Assembly (NCBI GenBank): GCA_965285935.1
Contig: OZ260666.1
Span: 47,120,001-47,184,000 of the forward strand
DNA: 64,000 bases
Reading direction: 5' to 3'
Source: Ophelia neglecta
Taxonomy: Eukaryota
The number at the start of each line of letters is the position of its first letter. Position 1 is the first letter of the stretch. The translations under genes and the position numbers were made by a program. This document shows positions 13,801 through 27,562 of this stretch, piece after piece. A model generated the notes under the pieces. That model worked only from the letters and a program-made list of their open reading frames with translations. It ran no database searches and was not told where the DNA came from.

Positions 13801-16012
13801 TGCTTGCCTTGTCAATATAAGAAACATTGTCGGAGTTCTGGGTTATTTGTGTCCTCAGCATTGATGAGAATGTGCGGGGACCCAGTCTTCTTGGTGACCA
13901 TAACACATATTGGTGTCTTGTTTCAGTGTTTTACAATGTGTTGTCAAGTTTTGATGGGCACAGGTTAAATGTGACTGGGTTTGCAGATAATATGGAAATC
14001 ATTATTTATGACTCAAGCTAATTTATTTAAATAGAGTTTCATGTATTCTTATTTTTTCAGATCTCTGGAGAGCCTCCAAATCTAGAATTAAAAAAGATAA
14101 AATCTCTGGATGAGGTAAGTTTATCCAGTAGTCTAGTCAAACAATCCACAGTTCTTGATACCTGTTATTGAAAATATTGATCATTTTTAGGAAATCATGA
14201 TAGGGCTACCATGGCTGACCTTGGCCTCATGTTCCATAATGTGCTGATTAATCAGGTACTTTAATGTGTTCTTGCATGAACAGAGGTAACATAGAGTTAT
14301 ATAGGTATCAAACATGTTTACCACTCCTTGTGAGACAGCCAGCATTGACATTGGTTTTGGCATTGACCTTTTTTTCAAAGTCAAGCTGAGAATTTGGGAT
14401 TAATATGGCTCTCTAATGATTTAATGTAAGATATGTAGGTCAAATATATATCAAAGACCACTAATAGAAACTAACAATTATGTAAAGTACATGGAAGTGA
14501 TTGAAAATGTGTTGAATTTGACCATAACCTTTTCTTTATCCAATTGAGAAAGTGCCTGAATGGGCTTAGCCTTTATTGATTCCATATTAACTCATTAAAT
14601 GTATAGATAACTTGTATAACTTAATGACCTTTGTACCGTTACCATCTACATCCCTATTGAACCAATTTGGATTGAGGTACCTGGCCAACTAAAGGCTTCA
14701 TGTTTTATTTTGCATGTAGATAGCAACAAACAATAATGTACTGATGGTAACAACTGAAGCTGTTATGTGCAAATAATTTACTGGTTACAATTCCTGTTGT
14801 CATGTGAATAACCTCTTGATTAAGAGACTATGTTCAGTGAAACCTGACAATTAGGGACATCCAAGGGACCGGGAAATCTGTCCTCATTTCTCAGTTGTCC
14901 TTATTTCACAGGTTACTTTACAAGTAAAGTATTACAACTGTACTAAAAACAATGTCCTTAATAGTCAGTGTGTCCCTAATTGCCAGGTGTCCTTTAGGCC
15001 AGGTTTTACTGTACATTGTATTTCAATAGAAGGGACAAATTTGGCAATACTATATAGGTTTATGATTTTTTTCAGGTTAGTCAGACAATTGCTAAATTCA
15101 TAGCATTCAAGCCCGATGTTCACAAGAAACTTCTAAATAGACTTGAAGAAATTAGGGATAAGTTTGAAAGTTCAACTTACTTTAAAAATCATGAGGTAAA
15201 TATATAAGTCAGAGAGAAATATGCTGCAAATTCCCTAAAATATAATTGTAGATAGTTGTACATATTCATATATGTTATATATATATATATATATACAATT
15301 CAAAAAACATAGTTTATCATTTCCAAATCCTCCACATTGACTTCTGATTTTAGATAATCGGAAGTTCCCTTTTGGTGCTGTGGGACAAGCAGGGCACTGT
15401 AAATGTGTGGATGATAGATTTCGCCAAGACGTTACGAATTGAGGGCAAAATACTAAACCACCGGTCCCCTTGGGAGGTGGGCAGCCATGAGACCGGCTAC
15501 CTCAAGGGCCTGGACAATCTCTGTGAGGTATGTACCAATCTGATCCTTCCATGCTGCTGATTGTCATATAATATGCTGTGTTGTTCTAAAAGTGAGACAT
15601 TTTATAAGAGGTAATTATAAAGGAAGGTATAAAACGATTTTTGATGAAATTTATTCAGTGGAGAAATTAAGAACTTCTGGGACCAAAAGAACTTTTTAAT
15701 GGGAGCTGCTTCATGGTGTAATAAAATAATTTTGTAATCATACTCACTGGTAAAGTACAGTTAATGTGATATACCTGAAACTGATATTTGATAAACCACT
15801 GTAGAAAGTAGATAGCTGCTGATCCTCCCTCCTTACAACAAATGTATGTTTTATGTTTTAATACTTTTAAATTACAGGTGTTGGCCAAAATGAATCTAAG
15901 TCCAGCAAGTCAAGAGGAAAGCTGCAGTACAAAACCAAATATTCCTTGTATTGTTCCACCCACTGATGACTCTGAGGGGTCAAAATTCGAAAAAATGGGT
16001 GAGGAAACATGA
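7839..16012 (+). CDS. IP3K1: Inositol 1,4,5-trisphosphate 3-kinase, Drosophila IP3K1-like, about 485 aa
   Basis: Exons 7839-8309, 9250-9334, 10507-10659, 11000-11072, 11604-11739, 11977-12033, 14061-14114, 15076-15195, 15354-15527, 15878-16012 join in frame (1458 nt). Motifs: [37 protein letters not shown] (PxxxDxKxG), [41 protein letters not shown]. No ITPKA/B/C-type calmodulin-binding segment is seen before the kinase domain. Confidence 0.93.
9931..10367. mobile_element. Non-autonomous hAT-like DNA element (437 bp)
   Basis: Perfect 10-bp TIR TAGTGATGGG/CCCATCACTA, subterminal ATCGATTAT repeats at both ends, CpG-richer than flanks, degraded 8-bp TSD (cagactga / atcactga). Confidence 0.65.
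10660..10999 (+). other. U12-type (minor spliceosome) GT-AG intron in IP3K
   Basis: 5' site GTATCCTTT; branch-like TTCCTTTAGC about 12 nt before the AG at 10998-10999; no polypyrimidine tract. Splicing here restores [12 protein letters not shown]. Confidence 0.88.
14835..15011. mobile_element. MITE related to the CAGTGAAACCTG family
   Basis: CAGTGAAACCTG ... CAGGTTTTACTG-ta ends; internal TGTCC repeats and CCAAGGGAC shared with 3646-3828. Confidence 0.7.
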
Positions 16013-17012
16013 TAATGTCTAGTGCGTTTAGATCCAACCTCTGGAAAATGGCAGCTTATTGCTCAATCTATAGTCAACTTTGGGTTCATTTTTATTTGAT
16101 ACTTTTAGATAAGCATTTAAGTTTGTATGCCAGCTGTAGCGTTTTGCTCAGCTAGGTATTCCATGTTTTTGCATCTCAGTTGGTAAAGATGGCCAGTTTG
16201 TAAATTGAATAAGGAATTGTTAACAATCATTGATATTTCCTGTCATACTCATGTAAACATGGTTGTTTAATTAAGCAACCTATGTGCTTAAGTTTATTAT
16301 GAAATGCAAGAATAGCTTTAAAAATTCCATATGATCTTCTTGTAATGAATATATATCATAAAATTAGATACTCCACAAATAGGTAATCTGTTGTGGCTGA
16401 GATTTTAACAGGCAACAACAATTCTATGAATAATGTCCTTGAAGGTCCCGTGCTAGTCCATTTGTAAGCTACTACATATGTTCAGCCCAAACAAGCTAGC
16501 TATCAGGAGGATTGTGACATTCACATTAAATCAGCAGGACTGAAAAAACCACCTTCCTCGGATCACTGTGTAATGATTTTGTAGGTGGGTTGACATGACA
16601 GTTTACCAATAGACAGTGTGAAAGTTTTATTCACCAAAACATACTATCAACAGGCTACAAACTAAAAACATTACCCGGTTGAGAAGCATTGATGGGAATT
16701 ATTTAATGCTTCTGTTAAAACATTAATAAATATTTGATGTACTTGGTTATTCACTTTATGCATAGATGGTTGTTTTTGGTCAGCACCCGTGTCAATTGCA
16801 TGATGAAGTGCTTTTTGTAGAGGTGTATCATACATATATTTATTGTGTTTTCTATTATACATTGTTATTAATTTATTTATAGAATATAAAATTAATTTTG
16901 AAAAAAAAGTTCATAATGCATGTCAATAAGGCACTGAGGAGTCCATTTTCAAAAGGTGTCAGCAGTTTGCACTCATTTTTTAATACTTGTATAAAATATA
17001 TCATGTCAGGTG

Positions 17013-17168
17013 CAGTGGAACCCCTGATGAAAGACCACCAAATAATGGCCAAAATAGCCCTTTTTACAAAGTGGTTTGCTATACCTGCCATGTATTTTAA
17101 CCCCTGATAGGAGACCACCCCTCTTATAAGATCACTTATTTGGTGGTCTCTCATCAGGGGTTCCACTG
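17013..17168. mobile_element. MITE with long TIRs downstream of the IP3K stop codon
   Basis: 28-bp TIR CAGTGGAACCCCTGATGA(A/G)AGACCACCA with one mismatch; TA on the right flank. Confidence 0.8.
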
Positions 17169-20100
17169 TACAACATTAAAACTAAAAAGGTAAAATGTGT
17201 GTCATATTAAATCATGTGTTAAGTAATTAACATTTTAAAATTCTCATTGGTAACCATATTTCAGGTAAATTTACCAGGTACATGATTTTAATGTAACACT
17301 AATTTTATGAAAATGCAGACCACCAGCATATTTACTTCCGTAACAAATGTGAAAAATACTAGTTACAATGATATTCTCAGCTTGCCAATTATGGTACCTG
17401 ATGATGGCTTTATCAGCATGCTTTCAGGTGTGATAATGGAGTACATATTGATTGTCTGGTTCTCTGGGTTATCTTGTGCATGGCATTGGCCACACCTGTG
17501 CTCTAGGCCTTTAAGCTTTTCATCAACTATATCATATGATGTTTGGCTAACAACAGCAATGAATCATCGTAATTTATTGTACCAGTTCCCTACCAATACT
17601 ATATTCAGAAGATAAGACATCAATCATAAAGGGTAAATAACAGAATTCAGTATACTGGGTAGTATTCAAGTAACAACAGGTATCAGTAATTGATATGAGG
17701 GCAAAAGCAGGATAAATGAATCAATTCCACTATCATTGTTTTTTTTTCTGGGATTATTTGTTGTAAAGGCAATTTTGCATGTAAGATTAAATTTTGTTGA
17801 ATATGTGAAAAGGAAAGTGTTAGATGATAAGGAAGATGTCTGTCCTCACAGTTCCCGAACAAACAGCATTTGCAGAAGGCAATGCCCACAGAAAATGCAA
17901 AGACCTTTTTAGAGGAAAAACCATGCCTTGTTTCCATTCACTCAAAAATGAATTTGGCATTTCACTGGAATAGACCAAGTTTAAAATTACAATTGGTTAG
18001 GAAATGAACTGTTAATTGTTCATTTCTTGACACCCCCTCAACATTCACAACTGTATATATATATATATGTTTATATATACTTGTGTAGTATCTGGAAGGA
18101 TTGGACAGATATTAATAGTCCAGTTTAGGCTTATGTAGTTTAACTTTTAACCAAATCACTGCTGTGCTGGTCATGTCAGTGGTTTTATGCAGTTTTAATT
18201 TTTCTCTCAGCTGAGCTGGTGAACATAGCTATTTTCTTGATAAGGACAATCTGCTAAGGATGTGAATTATTATGATATTCTTTTTCATTTGAGCATAAGC
18301 TGGAATATTTACTGTTAACCAGCAAAATTTCACTGTGTAAATGTTGAGACCAGATGTTGCTCAGTTCATACTTGTATTTTTACACTTTTCTTTGTTTAAA
18401 GTTGCTTTAATCTATGGTGCAAAAGAAAAATAAATGAAAAAGATCCCAATTTTTTTCCTTCATTTCAATCACAATTTAAATAGCTTAAATTTCTTTTGAG
18501 GTAAAAATTCCTGTTTTAATATTTGTTGAATAATCAGCTGTCATAGGAGGGAAGGATAAACTTCTGTAATGTTTATAAATTAAACTGATATCAAGGGAAT
18601 TGAAAAAAAGTTCATGTATTTCAGGAAAATACAAGTCGAGCATTTTTGTAATGGCATTATTTGGCATGATCTTGAATGTGAGCTTTTTCAGAATCTGTGG
18701 ATTATTTGTTCTGTATTTCATTTAGAGTAGGCCCACCCTGCTTACATTAATCACACTGCTACTGTACAACCTTCTGTTAGCGGGGCAGGAGATAATGTCT
18801 GCAGGGTCGAGTATGCCTGGTTGACCCTTTGGTATCAGGTAAAATTTGGTAGGCTTTCAAGTAAAAGTCCAAAGATAATAATCCAAAAGAATAATTATTA
18901 TTTATTGGAATTCAAAGCTCACTTGTCGCTGAAAACACACCTAGTCTGACATCTGGTTATCTATTACCGGGGTATACCAAAATATAAACCATGCAAGCGA
19001 TAAAACATATTGGAAGATGAAATGGTTTTATCATTGGATAATTGTACTCTTAACTGCAGTATAACTCATTTAGGACAAAATACAGGGAGTGTTAATATGT
19101 GTATATGTTACTTGGTACTGATGGGGCTCAGTTTTGAAATTGGATTATGCTAACATGATAAGTGTTACCTGGTATATAACGTTTGCAGCACAGTATTAAA
19201 ATTATTTTGTACAAATTTGTATTTATGCCATTTTTTTTTACTTTATACACACATGCATGTACATATTGTATGATAAAATTGTACCCGGCACTTAATTGTT
19301 GTGCAAAATATAATTTTCCTCCTTCATGTTATGTGTTTATTTTTATGGCATTGTATGTGCAAACTTTGGCATTTTCTACTAACAAAGTAGATGAGCTAAT
19401 CACCTGCCAAGACCTTTATGTTTTTACCCAAACAACTGAGAAATCCTAATATGTTTTAATTTTCAATTATTAATAAAACCAAATTTGATCAAGCATTTAA
19501 ATTCGAACATATAGGCAAAGGTTTCCCCATATGTAAGATGCATTAAAACAAGATATTTTGAGAAGTAAAGAGGTGAAGGGTCAAGTTTAGCAGTTTCTGG
19601 CAAACTGCTTCATGCATTGTGTACAGGCAGTTTATTTATTAACATAAATAAATATACATTGTACAAGCTTTCATATAGGTGAGATTACCCAGATTGAATT
19701 AACATAATTGAGATAACTACTTTTAAATTTGGCAATGATCGTGAGTAATTATGACCATGAATGACAGCATCACATTTATTATCCAGCCTTATCCATAATG
19801 GTCAGTCTTCTTCAAATTGGCATGTGACATTTTGTGCCATCATAAGGTTGATAAACAGCCTACCATACTTTATTGTTCACCACAAAACAGTCACTGCTTG
19901 ACAGGGGTTGTTAATAGCAAAATATTTCCCTAAATATTTAGTATATAAGTATATTAATTAGTACTATCAGGAAATAATTCGCTCCTGGTGATACTTGAAA
20001 ACCTTCTGTATGATTGCTAGTGATATCTAGACTTGATTATGGTAATTTTCAAACTGTGAACATTGTACTGGAAAAGGTCTGTCAAATTAGACTTTGGACA

Positions 20101-20524
20101 TATGACCGACCGCCATCAATAGTGGTGAAGGGTGCAAACATTTCACATAAATAACTGTGAATGTCCTACACTTACCCAACTTAAAACTCGGAATAAAATC
20201 TCCATTCACTGACAACACAATAGAAATGTATGGAGAATAGAAGAGAAACAAGGGGTTTAGAAACAAATCCCAAGACCAATAAAAAAGTAGTTTATATGTC
20301 CGTTGCAAATTCTCTTATGCCAAAATCAAATCATGGGTAGGATCCTCTCGCACAATATTTTATTTGATTAAAACACTGGAAATCACATGAAAAGCATATA
20401 AAAAGTACCCGGTACTTTGTCCAAAAAAATCCCATCTATCTTCCCCTCCCCCCCCCCCCCCCCAAATATTCTATTTGCTCAGAATACTGGAGATTGTGTG
20501 TGTGTGGGGGGGGGGGGGGGGCAA

Positions 20525-20607
20525 TAACCTGTCTTAACAGACTACCTCCAAAATCAGACCAGTATTTCATATTCTGTGGGGTGGTCTCAATTCATATGTT
20601 TCACTAT
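20525..20607. mobile_element. Truncated copy of the CAGTGAAACCTG MITE family
   Basis: ACCTCCAAAATCAGACCA...GGGTGGTCT...TTTCACT closely matches 61654-61717. Confidence 0.6.
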
Positions 20608-21465
20608 GTAGATATATATATATACCCCACACTCTTTCAACCCCCCCCCCCCCCAATAATTAATCATTTAAACAAGTTTAGCAGCCTGTAAGGAAGCAAG
20701 ATGTAAATCACAAGAGAGAGCAAAAATTTGGACTATAAAAATAACATAAACACTCAGCTGGTGTAGTTTAATGATGCAGATTATCCCAATGGATTGATTT
20801 ATTTACAAACACATTGCTTCGAATCCCTGAAAAGTAGTTTTCCATTTTGCAAATCTGGATGATTAACATATCAAGGGTTGTCTTTTAGTCTACCCCTGAT
20901 CACAAGCACCCTAAATCTAAAGACACTCTGTGCCTTGATTTGGATTTTAACGGAACTCAGCCCCCACTCTCAGTAATAAACTCCTAATATATAGGCACCG
21001 ACTATTATGTAGTATGCAAACTGAATCGACCTGCAATAAATAAATACCATTTTTATCAGTCTGGTTTCTCTTTAAATATAGTTTGGTAAACTGCAGCTTT
21101 ATAATCTTGTGATAAGATATGTGGGCCCTGCATATACAACCAAAAACAATAATTGCTAGATTTAATCAAAATTTTTTTTTTGCTTCCAAATTCAACACAT
21201 GCTAACATTTTTACCATTACAGTACACATGTAAAGAAATGTAGGATGTAGCATTAAGCCTCATTTCCAATTTTTGAATACATGTACATCAATTAACATAT
21301 TTCTGAGGTAATTTTAAGGGAATTTTTTTCAACTCATTTAGTTAATGGTTTTACTGTTCAAATGAGTCTTATTTTTAAGTTATTGTATTACATATCAGTT
21401 GTTCATTTACCACCAAGAGTCCATTGGCTCAAATGTCCTAAAAGGACCCCCATTCTTATAGCGAG

Positions 21466-21798
21466 CCACCAAAGCGGGGCCGAGTGGTTAGGGCGTCTGC
21501 CTTGCAAGTAGGAGATTGGGGATCAAAGCTCAATCATATCAAACCTAAGACGTTAAAATAGGTACTGATAGCTCCCCTGCCAGGCGTCCTGCATTTCGGG
21601 TGTAGTATCAGGACTGGTCAAACAGGTGTCGGTATAATGTGACTGGGTGGGGTTCCCTGTCTGGTGTCAATGGCAGGTACTCCAGTGAGGCAGCTCTCTT
21701 AAGAGGGCAATGAGCCCACTGTCACAAGTAGGCACTGTGGCGATATGATTGATAAGTGTTGAAAGCCACGTAAATGCCCGAAACAACAACAACAACAA
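21466..21798 (+). mobile_element. Full-length tRNA-derived SINE with (AAC)n tail
   Basis: tRNA-like head (GGCCGAGTGGTTAGGGCGTCTGCCTTGCAAGTAGG, A-box-like), GC-richer central body, (AAC)n tail, and perfect 11-bp TSD CTTATAGCGAG at 21455-21465 and 21799-21809. Confidence 0.9.
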
Positions 21799-22004
21799 CT
21801 TATAGCGAGTCCTAGGAATTCTAAAATGTCGACAGGATGGCTTTAACACTACATAGAGGACTTCCACAATGAATTTTTTCACCCACAAGTTGCAGGACTC
21901 CTGCCTTCATATTTGTATAAAATTGTTGACCCATATGGCTTCTTTCAGAAGAACTCTAATTGATCCTCTCATATACAAATGACTAATAATTTTATTTCTG
22001 CAAC

Positions 22005-22060
22005 TTATTCCCTGCTCAAGTGGTGTTAATGTCCCTCTGTTTCATACTTTTGCAAGGGTA
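22005..22060. repeat. Short dispersed repeat; second copy at about 49341-49395
   Basis: TTCCCTGCTCAAGTGGT(G/T)TTAATGTCCCTCT is near-identical at both loci. Confidence 0.65.
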
Positions 22061-22771
22061 CTCTTCAGTCACATGTAAACAGTAAAACCATTTAATTTCA
22101 TGATTGTTAATCTTTGCAGTTAACTTTTCACCATAGTCCTGGGAATCGTGATCCAATTCATCTTAACATTGGGTAAATCGATTCACTCTTGCTTAATATG
22201 ATTGAAAATAAAACCAAGTAAAATCAAATATTTATTGCTCTAATAGAAACCAGTCAAATTGTTACATGGTAACAGCCATCTACAGGTCTGATTCTTCATT
22301 CTTTCATTTTTACAATCCATTCTAATCAATATATTAAGAACAAGCATGGTTCCTGATAGGCAAGTATAAAAAGGAAGAAACTTTTTTTATCATTAATATT
22401 TTGCAGTATTTAAAATACAAAATCAGCCACCAACGTAACTATCATGCCCAAGATCCAATTATGCATTGACTTTAATCCATTGTTGATCGACTATGTCCCA
22501 ATATACAACATTATACATATCATAGTTTCCCATCTGTACATCTCATGGGTGTCTGTTCTCCACAAAGCAGACATTTGTAAAGACATCCACAGTGTGTAAA
22601 TACATTGTATGCAGCAGGCACACACTAGTCCTTCCTTTTCTTTGTTTATAAAAGCAGTCAGAAGAGGTGGTAAGTGGGGTAATAATTGAATTTAGCTACT
22701 TCTTGGACATCACTGCTGCACATATTTGACAGGTCGACAATGAACACCACCACTTTCTTCTTGACGCTCTT

Positions 22772-25037
22772 TTAGAAACCGTGCACCTACAAAAGAAAAC
22801 ATATTAATATGACTGGAATTTGCTTTCTTATGTTTGTTCGTTGGTTGGCTATCTCAACAGCTGAGTGTAACCTGTGCCATAGAAGATGCTACCTTCAAAT
22901 TCCCTTTGATATATGAAATTTGATACTGGGATTATAAATTTTAGACAATTATTTGCACTCTATCACTGTTGGAGGAAATGGAGTGAAAAAATAAGCTCCT
23001 GCACTAGTTAAATTGTGTAAATGTGGATCACACCAGAAATGGTACCACCCAATTTTTTTTAAATTACACATTCCAGTGCATTTTGGACCCAATTGAGGGT
23101 CACATACGGTATACACAAAAAATTGACCACATAATTTATTTATAGATAATTACAGATGCAAGGCCACTGGAATATGCCTTATAGCAGACAAGACTGTCTC
23201 ACTTGGAACTCATTAACAGTCTTACAATTGTATCTACAAATATATGTACTAGCACTCATCTTAACTGACTTAACTAAACATCTTAACTAATGGTTAAAAA
23301 CACTATTTGACTGTAATCACACATTTCATTGGTTATGGGTTTCAATCAATTTTAAACTTTTATTGATTACTGAGACAACATGTCCACTGCCTTGGAACTA
23401 GGTTGGATCAGCTCTCTACAGAGTGTACGAGTGTTTTAAAGAGTTAATTAATAAGCACGAGAAAACCTATAATGATCATATCATACATCTAAAACAGGTA
23501 ACAGTTGGTTAAACATAGTTGCATGGACATGGCCATACAGTGCAAATTTGAATCAGGGGGCACAAAAGATTGCAGAGCTGCTAACGTGTACATTGGTTGA
23601 TAATCATACATAAAATCATTTCAGCCATACGCACCTTGATCTGATCTTCTCTGGCAAGGCCAACCCTGACAAGGAATTGGCTGATTTTCTGCCTCTGGTC
23701 TCCTTGCATTTGGATGACTTCACCGTATTCAGCGTGATCCACTACAGTACCATTACAGGCGAACTCCTGTCAACATAAAATGAATAATTAAAATCATCTT
23801 ATTGTGGCAAAGGCTTCATTAATATTATAAATATAATGTATGGTTATAACGCTTCTTTAAAGCTGGAAGTAATGTGCAGAAATAGATTCTCAACTGCTTC
23901 AAATTCAGAGCTGGCAGTTGAGCAATATAAGATGTCATATCACTGTAGCTTCTGCAGGAAAAAGTGACTGACACTGATAACTGTGCATAGGTGTAAATTT
24001 GGCCCCTACCTATTGTAAGCTTCAGACAGTCAATCTCGGCATAGGAGAATTATTACACATATAGACTATGGTTATACAACAGCCTTTCTGTTTGCAAACT
24101 AAATTGCACTTACAAACAAATTCTTCACCCTAGACAGAACAGATACTTATAATTAGCAAAGGAAAAAAGAATTAACCTTCTTTGCAACTCTGACAATTTT
24201 TTTCAAGTCAAATTCTGAAGATAGCCCTTGGACAGTGGTAAGTGTTTTGCGACCGTTCCGTTGTTGGATCCTTATGTGAATGTATCCATCTTGATTGGCA
24301 CCACCCTCATCTTCAGCGAAGGGGTCTGAAAGTAAAATTTTATTAGTTGAAACACCTTTCATTTTCATCCAATACTGATCTTTAAAAAAATTGTGGGCTT
24401 TTTTTTAGCCTGCTATTGGTGATGAAGCCATTTGTAATTCGAACCTTATCTAGCGCCTTATTTTTCCTTAGTGCAATAAAGCGTTATTCCTAGTGAGCCT
24501 ATAATTGCACCTACAACCCCCCCCCCCCATATGTCATTGCCTATCGTAAATTTTGGTTAAGAATAGCAAAGGCCTACAATCTACTAACGAAATTTTAATT
24601 TCATTGTTTGCGCCTTCGCACGTAGATATTTTCATTTCTTTTAGGGACACTTGATTTAAATTGTAGCCAATAATGTGTGGAATTTAATTTCAATAATGGA
24701 CTGAAGGGCGAATTTACCATCACCACTGCACCAAAGTGCGTCAAATACAAACATAATTTCTTGAGTTGGAAGATATTTTTATGTATCATAAGTTCATAAC
24801 GCCACTAAAAAAGTAAAAATACCGTTCTCGAGCCTCAGTTTTGTTTATTATGTGGCGAAGATGCAGAACAGCGAATCATCTAACGAGATAATTATTAAAT
24901 TCTATGTTTAACATCCCCTCTGTACTATACTTCACCAGTCTAATCCTCCAACTATATGCAAATAGAGATCATATTGTTATTTCAAAATACCGAAACTTAC
25001 CGCGTGACTGAAGGTTTTGGATAGTGGTATCAGTCAT
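22772..25037 (-). CDS. EIF1: Eukaryotic translation initiation factor 1 (SUI1), 110 aa
   Basis: Exons 25037-25001, 24325-24177, 23766-23635, 22786-22772 (333 nt), all GT-AG. Translation MTDTTIQNLQSRDPFAEDEGGANQDGYIHIRIQQRNGRKTLTTVQG...KKEFACNGTVVDHAEYGEVIQMQGDQR...IKVHGF*. Confidence 0.97.
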
Positions 25038-25139
25038 ACGAAATCTCTCGTGGAACCGTGAGAAATAAAAGGCCTCTAGGTGTCTTGATTATGGAGGATG
25101 AGACGGATTTTGTAGCTTGTTTTTTCTTGTCTATTCTTC

Positions 25140-27079
25140 TTACGCAGGCCTTAAACCGGAAGTGGTTATTGCATCAATCCTAAAATGCGAACTAAACCAC
25201 TTTTAGATATAAAGTGCAGATTTCCTTTTAATTCCCTAAATTAATTTTAAGCCTTTCAAATAAAGTACAAGAAAAATAATTAATGCTCATTTGTAATAAA
25301 AATGAAAAACAATCTCCTCGTACGAGTCCCCGGATGTGGAAATAAGGTCGCGGGAGTGAGCATCACGGAGGACAGAACTTGTGGTTTGTGTTCCATTCTA
25401 TAGAGTAAATTCTATATTTCTCGGCCATGTAGTGCTCTATAAGGTTTGGAGAAAGTCGGATGAATGAAAAAATGTAGTCTCCTGAGTTTTCTTATATACT
25501 ATATTTATTAATACAGTTTTTCCATTTCAAAATAAGAGAATTCATAATTAGGTTTTAAACCCCTTCAGTCACAATCACAGTGGTTCATGCATGTTTCCCT
25601 TGGCTTGGCTGGACTAACAGACTTGTCGTTCTTGACTATCCACGCTGACACACACATTTCTGTGCTCACCAGTTTACCAGACAGAATGGCAGAGAATGTT
25701 CCCTGGGAATGCCCGTAATGGTATAACACTGCACAGATATGGCTGATATATATGACCCTGCTTCACCAACAGAGTAAGTATTCAACATAAATGTTAAGGA
25801 GCCAAATGTTAATGTGTTAAGTGTATCATATAATGTGCATATTGTATGCAAAAACAGGCAGATTTAAAACCATTTCATCAATCTCATTAACTAACAGATG
25901 TGAGATGTTGAATCTTTCACTTTTGACAGTATTTGATAGCTTGGGATCATATGTATTTGAACCAGAGAATCGGGTCCAGATTCCTTGGTGTCAGGCTACT
26001 TGATAAGGGAAGGGACAGAAAACTTCGCCCTCTGTTATACAATCAGATAAGCTAATTTACTTTAAGTGCAATATCATTATGCAATAAACGTCCGTACATT
26101 TACTCTGGGATCTTTTAAAAAGTGGAGGGTTTAGGGATTTCTGTGTCTGTAATTTGAAAAACTGGCACATCCTGAATGAAAGATATTTAAAATTGTGAAT
26201 TTTCCTATAGTAAGGAAGATGTTATTTCCTATATAACAAAAAAATGCAACTTTGAATCCTGATTTGCAGGGAATTAAACAGAGCATACCCGTGTCATTTG
26301 TCATCCACAGTTAAAAAACTATTCTGTAGAAGAACATTTTAAACCTAAAGCACTGCCCCCCCCCCCCCCCTACCCCTTTAAAAACTATGCACAACCCAAA
26401 TTGTCAGAGAAACATTTATTATGATTATATTATACTATCAGTTTCATGTTTTAGTGGGTGCTTTAATTGAAAGGATTGAAATATTTCAAAACATTCGCAA
26501 GCTATCCCCTTTATTAACCTAAAATTATTTGATTATAGCCATTGTATGTGTAACTATTAATATTCAATGCCTACAAACTTCAGTAGCTATAAGGCAAGTC
26601 TACCCTTTAAGATAGACAGTTAAAGATTTAATTGTCTTTATAACTTGCATTCACTAGGGTAAAAGTATAATGTTAACAATGTTTATAAAAAAAAGGGCAT
26701 TAAACCAAAATGTGACAAATGCAGACTTCCTGCTCTAGTCGTGAAATTCCAAATAGCTAAAGTTTAAAGTCCCTACTTTTTAATTTCTGATAATATCAAT
26801 ATTTATCCATTCAGCAAATAAAAAAAATAAGAACATCAATTCGTCAAGGTGGAGCTTTATAAATTTTGAATTAAGAAGCAGATCATAGGTACAAGTATTT
26901 GAACTGTGTATCAAAAATATCCTCAAAGAGCCTATTTAGGATAAAATATTTCAGGCAAAGGCATGCGGTGCCTAAAATGTATGTTTAGTATCAACTAATG
27001 AAATTGAAAATCATTTCTTTTGTCCCCGTCATATACCAATGGGTGTAGCTAAATGTACATGCCTTTCTTTAAACTACAT

Positions 27080-27118
<39 letters not shown>

Positions 27119-27562
27119 CAAACTTTGAATGAATACTAAGTCAGATTAAGGGTTGGTTTGTAACAGGCCACAAACAGCAATGACAAAACATTAGCCAAAC
27201 ATTTTCAGCCTTAAAAAAAATATCGACAGATCATTATCAATTATGGATATTGTAACATATAAAAACTTCATTAATCATGTAGAAAGAATATCTCGGTGCA
27301 TAAATGACACGATTTTCATCAAGAGTTGAATGTGTTGCAATTTTCACAACCAGATGTCTGTATTATCTGTGTGGCTGTGGCATGTTGTTAGATAGGATAT
27401 ATGTAGTGTGGCAGCCATCTTGCCAACTACAGTACTCTGTACAAAGATATTGATTCAGCACATGTACTAGCTTGTTTGTGGCTCTAGCCATGAATAACTG
27501 GGGAATATTCTCTTCAAAATAAATCCAAAGTCTTCTGCTTCAACAATTCCAGCATTTCTAGG
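25140..27562. promoter_or_regulatory. Divergent promoter interval between eIF1 (-) and SETD2 (+)
   Basis: CpG-enriched patch at about 25000-25460 with ETS motif CCGGAAGT (25156). YY1-like GCAGCCATCTTG at 27411-27422 is followed by a donor AG|gtttgg after 27561, a candidate SETD2 first exon. Confidence 0.4.
27085..27114. repeat. (TA)n microsatellite
   Basis: About 15 TA units read directly. Confidence 0.9.

Noticed and set aside
16670-21260. Short ORFs downstream of IP3K and other 60-110 aa ORFs in AT-rich introns
   Set aside because: No homology cues, many start at TTG/GTG, and composition is typical of UTR, intron or MITE sequence.
21466-21540. tRNA gene
   Set aside because: Only the 5' half is tRNA-like; the T-arm/B-box is degraded, and it heads a TSD-flanked SINE.
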